Source: Octopus vulgaris
Taxonomy: Eukaryota
Length of the DNA: 64,000 bases
Assembly: GCA_951406725.2 (NCBI GenBank)
Contig: OX597829.1
Span: forward strand, 26,040,001 to 26,104,000
Direction of reading: 5' to 3'
In this document: piece by piece, positions 51,775 to 64,000 of the stretch
Layout: every line of letters begins with the position of its first letter
Position numbering within the stretch: position 1 is the first letter of the stretch
Position numbers and translations under genes: made by a program
Notes under the pieces: model-generated
Databases searched by the model: none
What the model was told of the DNA's origin: nothing
Seen by the model: the letters and a program-made list of their open reading frames with translations, nothing else

Positions 51775-52141
51775 AGCTAAACATAGAGGTGACAAACAAA
51801 GACAGACAAAGGGATTAAGTCGATTACATCGATCTCAGTACGTAACTGGTGTTTAATTTATCTACCCCGAAAGGATGAAAGGCAAGGTCGACCTCGGCGG
51901 AATTTGAGCTCAGGGCGTAGCGGCAGACGAAATACCTATTTCCTTACTACCCACAAGGGGCTAAACACTGAGAGGACAAACAAGGTCAGACAAACGGATT
52001 AAGTCGATTATATCGACCCCAGTGCGTAACTGGTACTTATTTAATCGACCCCGAAAGGATGAAAGGCAAAGTCGACCTCGGCGGAATTTGAACTCAGAAC
52101 ATTTCGCCGAGCGTGCTAACGTTTCTGCCAATTTGCCGCCT
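51775..52141 (-). mobile_element. Young Nin/Deu-domain SINE (family D) with tandem duplication
   Basis: gtacttatttaatcgaccccgaaaggatgaaaggcaaagtcgacctcggcggaatttgaactcag is present twice (51840-51915 and 52030-52097). Confidence 0.85.
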
Positions 52142-52199
52142 TCACACACTTTCTTATACTCCAGATTTTCCACCACCTTCTATAATTCACTGTGACTAC

Positions 52200-52450
52200 A
52201 GTCCAGTTGTGCAACCAGGCTCACAGGTTGTGAGTCATCTGTCTGCACGAATCATTCCATCCATTTACTAATGATTCGCATCAGCTGTCGCACTTGATAG
52301 TCTCTCCACCGTGTAGTGTTTGCCTTCAATGCTGGTTTCCCCTTCTTTAAACTTATTCATGCCTCTCTGCACATTGTTCTCGCTTTAACATTTTTACAGT
52401 TCGTCTTCGTAAGAATTTCAGCGTGAAGCACACAGTCACACTAAATATTT
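52200..52450 (-). mobile_element. Mariner transposase N-terminal (HTH) remnant
   Basis: Minus strand VQRGMNKFKEGETSIEGK...RLSSAT resembles W..KFK.G..S..D..RSGRP. Confidence 0.45.
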
Positions 52451-52697
52451 CTTAGAAGGAACTGCTGGTAACCCATGTAGACATACTCAAAAGATATAAG
52501 GTGACGGTTATAAACTAAACTTCACAGTTATACAAGAGAGTGGTGACACAGAATACTTTGGTAAATGACGATTTTTGAGGAAGAATTGACGTTCTTGTTT
52601 GGAAAGACTGAACTGACGTCTTCAAAAGCAGTCAATGCCTGTTTGATCCCAAATGATGTTGGTAATGCTGCCATTCTCGGCGGGCGGGAATGCTCTC

Positions 52698-52747
52698 TAT
52701 ACATACATACATACACATATACATACATACATACATACATACATACA

Positions 52748-52780
<33 letters not shown>

Positions 52781-52948
52781 GCCTACGTACGTACATGCAC
52801 ACATACATACATACATACATACATACATACATACGTACATACATACGTACATACATACATACGTACGTACATACACACATACATACGAACGTACATACAT
52901 ACATACGAATATGCATACATACATACATATATACATACACACACACAC

Positions 52949-52981
<33 letters not shown>

Positions 52982-53024
52982 CGTACGTACATGCATGCAT
53001 GCATACATACATACATACATACAT

Positions 53025-53064
<40 letters not shown>

Positions 53065-53092
53065 ACATACATACATACATACATACATACAC

Positions 53093-53127
<35 letters not shown>

Positions 53128-53297
53128 TACGTACGAACATGCACACATACATACATACATACATACATACATACATACATACATACATACATACATACAT
53201 ACATACATACATACATACATACATACATACATACATACATACACGCATACATACACGCATACATACATACATACATACATACATACATACATACATA
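52698..53297. repeat. (TACA)n microsatellite field
   Basis: Direct reading. Confidence 0.9.
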
Positions 53298-53452
53298 CCC
53301 ACATCATAAGCTGTTGTCCGAAAATATCACGTTATTATCAACCGGTGAGACATGACCTCGTAGTCGAAACACTATACAATGAGATCCGTCGGAAAGATAA
53401 TCATGAGAGCAAACTTATTTGAACCTCCAGTGCAGTCGAGATCATAACTATA

Positions 53453-53838
53453 TCTCTATATATATAAACGGCAGTTTGTCTGTGTGTGTTTCTGTGTGTC
53501 TGTTAGGTTGTACCCTCACCCTGACCACGGCTTTCAACCGATTCTGATGAAACTTGACACACACATAGCCCAATGTCATAATTCCAAACTAACGCAGCGA
53601 AAATTTTGAAAAGTTCCCCCAGTTCTGAAAAGAAAATCGATAAATTCGACATGGGGTCGAGAATCAGAAACACAAACCACAGACTGTCTAGGGGACGCAA
53701 CTCGACCTTTTTTACTCTCAAAAAAATTTTACCATCATTTTTTCCCCATTTTTTTGCTATTTTTTGGCTATAACTCTCTAAAAATGCTTTATAGTTATTT
53801 CCCTTACAAACCCGAGCAACGCCGGGCGATACTGCTAG
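53453..53838 (+). mobile_element. Non-autonomous Helitron
   Basis: A|TCtctatatata...acaaacccgagcaacgccgggcgatactgCTAG|T: 5' TC, subterminal GC hairpin, 3' CTAG, A|T target, no TSD. Confidence 0.82.
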
Positions 53839-54267
53839 TTAATAATATAAAAGGGTATTTGATGGAAAGTCCCCATGAAAACCTCAGTAAACTACAAACA
53901 TAAAAGAGTAGACGTGGAGATTTGGAATAGATAAGAGAAACTATGTATAGTAGTGGAAATTCTATTCTCAAAGTTATTCTTATACATTATAAACCAATTA
54001 TAATTTCAATGTTACATTAATTAACTCCTGCACATAAGCACATGAGTATTCTGATTTTCTTCCTGCAATTATCCTGGAAATTTTTTCATGTTAGAGGGAG
54101 GACCCTGCTCTCAAAGAATTAAGGCATTATTTCCTCCCTCCTATCTCACTCTGCCAAATGCTTTGTTGTTTCTGCGAAGAGCAAATTTTGTCAAACTGTT
54201 TTCTTTTTTGCTGTGTTTTTTTTTTTCTATTGCTGGATAACTTTTTTGTGTGTTCAAGCAAATGTGC

Positions 54268-54335
<68 letters not shown>

Positions 54336-55053
54336 GTTGAAGAGCAACGAAACAGAAAACGACTACGATAAACAATTGAGAAATTTACGGATACTCCATC
54401 TGGATTTCAAGTTCATATTGGGACATTAAGATATGTAACCAACTGTTTCAGTCCCAATCTTAGAAATTAAGGTTCTCAAAACGAGAAAGGAGAAAACTAT
54501 TTGCAAGACTACAGATCAATGGAACTGTCAAACTACGTAAAACATTTAATCAGTTTAGCATATATGTGCATATGCACATGTCTAGACAAATAACTATATT
54601 TTATAAGTATACATACACCAAACAAAAACTTTCCAAATACTTGCACGTATACACAGTACATTGACAACTACCCTGTTGGTGCTGATGTAATTGCAATGAA
54701 TTATTGAAACTAGGTTAGAAACCGGCTCTTTCCGCATTGGCGAGAAATCTAGTAATAAAACTAAATAGCATACATACAGACAGGCAGAAACACACACACC
54801 CGCACGCACTCACACACACACACATATACATACCAAATACATACATACACATATATATATACCTACCTACATACACACACATACAAACATACATGCAATC
54901 ATTCATACAAACACGCACACATCACATATGTAATTACTTACATAAACACACACGCACACACGCACACACACACATACACACAATTATATATGTACACGTT
55001 CGTGCACACACTCACACTTACTCTCTGATTCAACACACACACACACACACACA

Positions 55054-55125
<72 letters not shown>

Positions 55126-55749
55126 TGTATATATGTCCATGATGAGTTCGTGAGCGTGTTTAAGACAGAAAAAAGGGGGAAAAAAGAGATATTGTAAGAG
55201 AAAATCCGTGAAATGTTGGTGAGAGGCGTGTCAGTCCAACATGGCTGACGTTTGAAAATGCCTGCAAAACATGAGTGAAAAATACCAAAAGATTATTACA
55301 AAATGGCAAACGTTACATCCGGGGTTTCATGATGAACGGTTTAGGCGGCTAATGTTTTCTAATCAAGAACAAAGAAGGAGAAATAATAATATTGAATTAC
55401 GCGTGGTAAAAATTCCTCGTTGTAAGCCTCCCTACACCATTAAATAAACAAAATAAAAAAATAAACGGTATAAATGTAGAAAGTATAATTGCTTTAACAA
55501 GAAACTATCAGATAGTTTAAAAACACACACGCACACATGCACACATACACGTATACACACACTTACACGCAGGTCGTTCCATACACGTGTAAATACATAC
55601 GTACATGCATAATTACATACATAGCACACGCACACATTCATCTTCTCTCTTAAATACACATACACACATATACAGATGTGTGTGTGTGCATATATGTTGT
55701 GTGTGCACAATACATCCATACTAGTACACACATTCAAACTCACACATAC

Positions 55750-56694
55750 TCACATATACATACATACAAACACATATATATATACATATGCATATACATA
55801 CATGCATACATACATACATACATACATACATACATACATACATACATACATACATACATACATACATACATACATACATACATACATACATACATGCATA
55901 CATACATACATACATATATACATATATATATAAAATCATGCATAAACACATACATAGATTCGTACAAACAAACGTAGCGACCTACATCACAAACATACAC
56001 ATATATACATAAGCACATGCAAACATACATACATACATGAATATATACACATACATACATATACATACATATATACACTCGTTCATACATGCACATATAC
56101 ACATGCATACATACATGCATACACTCATACACATACATACATATACATACATATATACACTCGTTCATACATGCACATATACACATGCATACATACATGC
56201 ATACACTCACATATACACACATACATACATACATTACATACACACATACATACATGCATGCATACATACATACATACATACATACATACATGCATACATA
56301 CATACATACATACATACATACATACATACATACATACATACATACATACATACATACATACATACATACATACATACATACATACATACATACATACATA
56401 CATACATACATACATACATACATACATACATACATACATACATACATACATACATACATACATACATACATACATACATAAAGTGATTGACTTTTATTGT
56501 GAAGAATTCAATGATAGGAAACTGTATTACGGACAGAATTAAAACGTATGTGTATGTATGTGAGTGTGTGAGTGAGTGTGTATGTGTTGTATGGGTGTAT
56601 ATAAGTATACATGTATATATGTATACATCTATGTATGTACGACTACACACATGTATGTATGTCATGTGTATATATAAATATCTTTCAGTGCACG

Positions 56695-56726
<32 letters not shown>

Positions 56727-57262
56727 TGTATGTATGTATGTATGTATGTATGTATGTATATGTATGTATGTATGTATGTATGTCAGTGTGTGTATATATA
56801 AATATCTTTCAGTGCACGTATGTATGGATGTACCTATGTATGTATGTATGTATGTATGTATGTATGTATGTATGTATGTATGTATGTATGTATGTATGTA
56901 TGTATGTATGTATGTATGTATGTATGTATGTATGTATGTATGTATGTATGTATGTATGTATGTATGTATGTATGTATGTATGTATGTATGTATGTATGTG
57001 TGTATGTATGTATGTATGTATTTATGTATGTATGTATGTATGTATGTGTGTATGTATGTATGTATGTATGTATGTATGTATTTATGTATGTATGTGTGTT
57101 TGTATGTATGTATGTATTTATGTATGTATGTATGTATGTATGTATGTATGTATGTATGTATGTATGTATGTATGTATGTATGTATGTATGTATGTATGTA
57201 TTTATGTATGTATGTATGTATGTATGTATGTATGTATGCATGCATGCATGCATGTATGTATG
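55750..57262. repeat. (TACA)n field followed by inverted (TGTA)n field
   Basis: 55750-56480 is TACA-type, 56545-57262 is TATG-type, separated by a ~65-bp unique spacer. Confidence 0.9.
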
Positions 57263-57718
57263 TACCTCAGTTTAATCTAATATGTTCTTTTAATAAGAAG
57301 CTTTTGTTTCGTGTCTCTGCAGAAATGTTCTCTTTTATATATTTATGCATTCATCATATCTGTTTCCATCATATGCTAGTTTAGACGGAAACATATTTTT
57401 GTAGCTGATTTATTAAAAATACAAGAGACGAATAAATAGGCTATATTAAATGTACATTATTCCTTTTGAGACGGTGAGAAAATTAAAATGGCTTTGAGTG
57501 CAGCAAATTTTAAGCAAAAAAAAAAACAAAAACAAAAAAGGTAAATTTAAAATGAACATTTGTCGAGTGCGAATGAAAATTGTGTTGTTGATTACACCCG
57601 CGTCGTTTACATTTGAAATTCAATAGAACGCACTTGTAATTATAATTATTGTTAGCTACATAATAATAATGATAACAATGATAATAATAATAATAATAAT
57701 AATAACAACAACAACAGC

Positions 57719-57783
<65 letters not shown>

Positions 57784-57868
57784 TGATGATGATGATGATG
57801 ACGACGACAACAACAACAACAATAACGATGGTGATGTGATGGTGATGATAATGATTATGAAGGCTATG

Positions 57869-57940
<72 letters not shown>

Positions 57941-58116
57941 GTGATGATGATAGAGGTGGTGGTGGTGGGGGAGGTGATGGCGGTGGTGGTGATAGTAACA
58001 ACAACAACAACAGCAACAACAACATCAACAGTAACAACAACAGCATTAATACAGTCTGATATTAAGTTTCCGCTTTTACTCTAGACTAATATTACAGCAA
58101 ACAAACAAAAAAAAGA

Positions 58117-58185
<69 letters not shown>

Positions 58186-58268
58186 CATATATATATCTAC
58201 ATAATTATATATATACATATACATACATACATATATACATATATACACGTATATACATATATGCATAC

Positions 58269-58309
<41 letters not shown>

Positions 58310-58843
58310 CATACATACATATATATATTGTTGATATTGTTTCGATATTGTTACGTATTTATGTTTTATTTTTCCTTCAAATCGATGTGTATGTGGTTGT
58401 GCATGTATACACGCATATACAATTACTGTGTACATTCATACATACAAACTAAAACGTTGCCTGTCAGTGGTTCTGATATATTATTTTCTGATGCCCAGAA
58501 AGAGTTACAGTGAGTTCAGTTTAACGGCGTCAACATGGAAGTCGCCTTGAGACTCTACCTTCGGAAATTCCTATAGGCATTTTATTTGCACTTCTAATTA
58601 TTTCGTGAAAAAACAAAAATGCGTAGATATGTTAAAGACATATCTACTTTTTTTTTATTTTTTATATTTATTACTAGAAATGATTATGACATGACAAAAT
58701 GATGCGAAAACACACACACACAAAAAACACACAAAAAAAAAAATAATAGAATAAAAGAAAGAAAAAACAATAAAGTTATGATACTACTTCAACTTGGCGT
58801 CAATAATAAAATCTTGTTTGTGGACATATCGCCAAAACCGACG

Positions 58844-58979
<136 letters not shown>

Positions 58980-60300
58980 ATTCGTATCGACGAAATTCCA
59001 AATTGAAAGCATACATGTTAAACATTGAGAAACAATATTCTGTCTATCTCATTCTAATCATAGAAGCACATGGCTTAAAAGCTCCTTGCTTCTGCAATTA
59101 ATTCTAGGTTTCTAAATCACTGATAACTTATTTTGTTAATCTCATATTTTATATCACAGTACTATAATTTGCTTCAAAGACTAGTTTCGTTCTTTTGACT
59201 CAGAAGATCTTTCTACCCTAAGCGACTTGCAATAGTTTGCTCCAAAGACCGGTTTTGGTCTTTGTAGCCTAAATCTATTTGCGCGAAACGACTGCTGTGT
59301 CTCATCAAAACTCAAGTGTGATCCACAAAGGGACACTTTGATAAATACACAGGTTTCGCACCCCAAACGTCTATGACTAATTTAATGAGTTACTAACACC
59401 TAGAAAAGAAGACATTTAGTCATGCTTCCTGTTACATTTATACTTTGGGCAACGTGGCCTATTTCAGTAAAAAGTGTTATTATTTGCAGCGATATATCTG
59501 GATGCCAGTGGTTTATCTTGAATTTATTGAAAGAATTTTTCCACGAATTGTTTGAATGTTATAAGGTCATCTTCTTCTCTTATGTGTCATAGCATGTTGT
59601 GGAAGAAAACAAAGCTAGTTGATGTTGAAATAGTTCTAAGTATTGTGACGCGAGAGAGCTCAATTTTCGAAAAGGAAGAATGGCACGGGGCCAAGCTCTG
59701 GGGGAATTTTAAAGATGATACCAATGTAATTTGGGCAACGTTAATGGAAAATTTTTCACGCCATGCAAATGATAAAGCACTCACAGCTGCTATACAAGCA
59801 AATACTCTAAACTGCATCATGGAAAGCTATTTGGTTATTTAGCAAGGGCAGACACCAACATATTCCAACCTCTATCCACTAGACAATCGGTCCCCTCAAT
59901 TTGCTCTTTCTTCCACTATAACAGTGACCATCAACTCACAAGATCTATCTCGTTACATACCTCCTCCACCAAAGCACACCAGCTCATCTGTCTCTCCTGC
60001 CGACACTCGCTCTGTATCTCTCCTTCCATCTCCGCACTAAGCACTTCGTATCAGTCTTTCCACACCTCTGCTTTTCCTGCAGACGTTGTCTTATACATGA
60101 GTAATCTTAACCTCAACCGAAACAATTTTACCAGAATCGGAAGTCCTGATAGATGAAAGATATTATATGCATGTATGTATGTATGTATGTATGTATGTAT
60201 GTATGTATGTATGTATGTATGTATGTATGTATGTATGTATGTATGTATGTATGTATGTATGTATGTATGTATGCATGTATGTATGTATGTATGTATGTAT

Positions 60301-60518
60301 GGGGAGAATTCACAAAATAAAACAAAAGAAAAAGACAGGTGGTGTAGACAGCAAACAGATGTATTAGTATAACACTCGGGAAGTGAAAAAGTCTTTAACG
60401 TTTCGAGCCTACGCTCTTCCACAGAAAGGAACACAGAAAGAAATAAGGAGAGAAAATAAAGAGAGAAAATAAAGAATGTGTAGTGACTAGCGATCTATCA
60501 TGGCGAAGGCCGGACAGA
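60301..60518 (-). mobile_element. Short Penelope-type element with hammerhead variant, inserted in (TATG)n
   Basis: Minus strand 60393-60428: cttt CTGTGGA a gagc gtag gctc GAAAC GTT aaag. Paralog at 5457-5630. Confidence 0.7.
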
Positions 60519-60590
60519 TGTATGTATGTATGTATGTATGTATGTATGTATGTATGTATGTATGTATGTATGTATGTGTGTGTGTGTGTA

Positions 60591-60658
<68 letters not shown>

Positions 60659-60689
60659 GCTCAACACTGATAAGCGACAATAGCATAAG

Positions 60690-60990
60690 CAGAAGAAAAG
60701 GTATAAAGACTGTGTGAAGGAAAACCTGAAGAAACTAGATACGAACAAAAGTGATTGGGAAAGTGATGTTCTAGATCGGAACAAGTGGAGAGGTGCTGTT
60801 ACGACTGGTTGCAATGCCTGGGAGGAAAAGATGATTCAGCACTCTGAGCTTAAAGGGGCCTGTCACAAAGGAACAGTTTGAACTGAAATCAGCAGTGAAT
60901 GTTGGATATGTATATATGTGATCATGTTCTGATGTCAAAAGCTGGATTCGTGAATCATATGAAGTCACATGAAAATTGAAATGCCCAGGT
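60690..60990 (+). mobile_element. RTE (BovB-like) LINE 3' coding end
   Basis: RYKDCVKENLKKLDTNKSDWESDVLDRNKWRGAV is a typical RTE C-terminal motif. Confidence 0.7.
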
Positions 60991-61447
60991 AGGTAATAAT
61001 CTTGAACACCAACCACCTCTTATGATTTGTGTCACAAAACTTGTAAGACAATATCTGGACATCAAAAACATGCTAGTTCACAAAATTATTCCTTCAGAAT
61101 CAGATTCCAAAGTGCAAAGTTATAGAAGAAAGTTGAATAATATGTCACTTGTGTTTTAAACCCTGTCAGACAGCAGCTGGTTAAGGATTGTGCTGTGTGA
61201 TCGGGTGTCGGATGTGTGTTGATGGGACTGCTGAATTTGAAGAAATATTTTATTTTTAGTGTAAGGGTCAATAAGTATGTGAATGTTTGGGAGTGTTTAT
61301 GGGGATGCTTAGATAAAATATTTGTGTGTCTGTGAGAGTATGTATGAATTCTATGTATATGTGCGTGCGTATGTTTTGTGTGTATCAGTTTCTGTAAATA
61401 CGTCTAATTTGGATAATATTTATATATATCATCATCATCATTATCAT

Positions 61448-61496
<49 letters not shown>

Positions 61497-61548
61497 TCTT
61501 TGTATATATTTAATTTTGGGGAAATATTTTATCTCAGTAGAATATATT

Positions 61549-61600
<52 letters not shown>

Positions 61601-61725
61601 TGTATGTATGTATGTATGTATGTATGTATGTATGTATGGATGGATGGATGGATGGATGGATATATATATATGTTTGCATATGTTTAATTTTGGGGAAACT
61701 TCTTATTTCAATGAAGCGTATTTTA

Positions 61726-62150
<425 letters not shown>

Positions 62151-62299
62151 GTGTTACCGCTACTGTTTATGACTCGCTCTGAGATTTATCATTGTTTGAT
62201 TTCACTTTTTCGATATCAGTGTCAATCGACACTGGAAAAAGTATATGTATTTGTGAGGGGATCTGACTTCTCGTCGACAACTATGATTGTTATTCGTCT

Positions 62300-64000
62300 A
62301 GGGACCCCTCTTTCATCTGCGTTTTGAGAATTTTGCTGCCTTTTTGTTGAGTGAGTTCGTATTTTTGTTCGTCGTTGTTTGTGTTTACTCGTGAATTGAA
62401 CAGTTGTCCGTTGTGTAACAGTAATTTTCGCCCTACGGGGCGGAAAATTCTGTGTTTAAACATTGTCATTACCTTCGAGGTAATTTTTTTGAAACATTTG
62501 TTCTCATAATTTGAGAAATGGAGTTCGACTTGGCGTCGAGGAGCGACTTTCCCGTGATGGGAAAAGGCGAACAAAAGGATACCGAAGTCAAAAAACAGTC
62601 TTTTTCGGCCGCAGTGGGCGGAACTGTAACGGATGTAGAATTTAAGATTGAACAGTTATTCGAATACCGGAACTTGGTAAAAACGGAAGGCAATGAAATT
62701 AAACTGGTACCGCCGCAAGCGAAGGTACAGGAAATAAAGGCAAAGACAGTTGTATACAAAGTTTATAGCAACAAAGAAAAAAAAATAATGGATGTCAAGA
62801 ACGAGATAGTAGAAAAGTGCTTGTCCCCGGTGTGGAACAAAATTCGCCACGTTGTTCGAGGTGCTCGCAGCGCTACCGTTGAAGCACATTTCGACTCGGC
62901 TGATGTGGCAAGAGAGGTGTCATCAATGACCTTGAAAAATGAGGATATCATGTTGCTACCTTCGTATATGGGGAAAAGAACAGCCAAACTATATGTAGAG
63001 GATATACCAAGAGGGTATGATATAATGTGGGTAGCAGCGGCAGTCCTGCACAACGTAGAGCGGGAAGTTTCAATTCTGCAGATGAGAAGGAAAGAGGAGG
63101 TGCACTGGAAAGGACAAGTGCTAGAACTCCTCGTTCAAGCAGAAAATAAGATATTAGAAAACTTACCCGATAGGGTATTCAATGAGGAGGGGACTTCAAT
63201 GAGAGTGTCAGTGGAGGGGCGCAGACCTAGGTGCTTCAAATGTGGCGAAAAGGGTCACGTCCGGTCAAACTGCATAAAAAAAAGAGAATCAACGAAGCCC
63301 CTCCTCAAAGTGCTTCAAACACTGAAAAAGAAAAGGCGGAAAAGGAACCCAAGACTGCGACAAGGAAAGGAACCGAAACGGAAGATGAAAACGAACAAAT
63401 GGAATATACACAGGTGACACACAAAAGAAAAAAAGATAACACCCTGAACTCCCCTCCCCAAACAAAGAAAAAATCAGCAAACACCGCAGAGATACATACA
63501 AAACAAATTCCCCAGCCCTACCCCCACGGCACTGTATTCATTGGAACACAGTTCGCCAAGCCCCTCCCCATAAAACAAGATTTGAAAAAATTGATAAAAA
63601 AAAATGAAAAGATTATAGCATTTGACGAGAAGAACGATAGGGTGTACAAGTATTTCAAATTTTCAAAATTTAAACTATTCAGTAAGTCTACAGACACAAA
63701 ATCAACCACTCGCTTTGCAAAAATAAAGGAAGACGAGTGGAAGGAAAAAACACTACAAGAACATTTAAAGAATAATCTTATCAGAGATGTAACGAATGAA
63801 ATACTGGAGGGTAAACTTATTATAACCCCGGCAACCACACCTACCCAGAGCCCGATGGCAACGCCGGTTAAGAGCCCTGCAGCTACGACCACAAGGGAGG
63901 AAGAAGGGGAAGCAGGCAGATTTAAACTGTCATGCTCCCTGTCCCAACCGTAAGTTTATTTATTTTTTCTCTCTCCGACAATGGCAAAGCTGGGTTGTGT
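62300..64000 (+). mobile_element. Young L1/Tx1-clade LINE, 5' part (5' UTR, ORF1, start of ORF2), running off the window
   Basis: ORF1 has a CCHC knuckle and is homologous to the remnant at 21.3-21.8 kb. After a short spacer, the ATG at 63981 (MAKLGC..) matches the start of the endonuclease (cf. VLRVCCI at 22265). The 5' boundary is approximate. Confidence 0.8.
62518..63953 (+). CDS. LINE ORF1 (gag-like, CCHC zinc knuckle), split by a -1 frame change at an A8 run
   Basis: 62518-63417 contains CFKCGEKGHVRSNC; the overlapping frame 63231-63953 continues after A8 at 63276-63283. Confidence 0.75.

Noticed and set aside
59400-60150. Possible Tc1-like and CR1/Jockey-like remnants
   Set aside because: Resemblance was too weak to support by eye; needs a tblastx or RepeatMasker run.

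Overview
AT-rich, microsatellite-saturated animal genomic DNA, most likely octopus or another cephalopod (inferred from the SINE families and repeat landscape). There is one convincing host coding exon (6465-8075, +). It encodes a ~510-540 aa Ser/Asn/Pro-rich protein with a YAP/FAM181-type TEAD-binding omega-loop (IPLRQRDLPASFWQEP), and it lies in a CpG-depleted domain that ends near 20.8 kb. The rest is transposon debris: at least 4 SINE or SINE-like families, L1/Tx1, R4/Dong, RTE and Penelope retroelements, a hAT Charlie/Buster transposase pseudogene, mariner fragments and a MITE, two non-autonomous Helitrons, and a 328-bp foldback. The most notable signal is about 8-10 minimal type-I hammerhead ribozyme motifs in short, microsatellite-flanked non-coding elements. 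One of these is a terminally redundant 399-bp unit (35753-36268) that looks like a retrozyme or circular-RNA-derived insertion. Nearly all other ORFs in the track are microsatellite artefacts. All alignments and folds were done by eye, and repeat boundaries are approximate.
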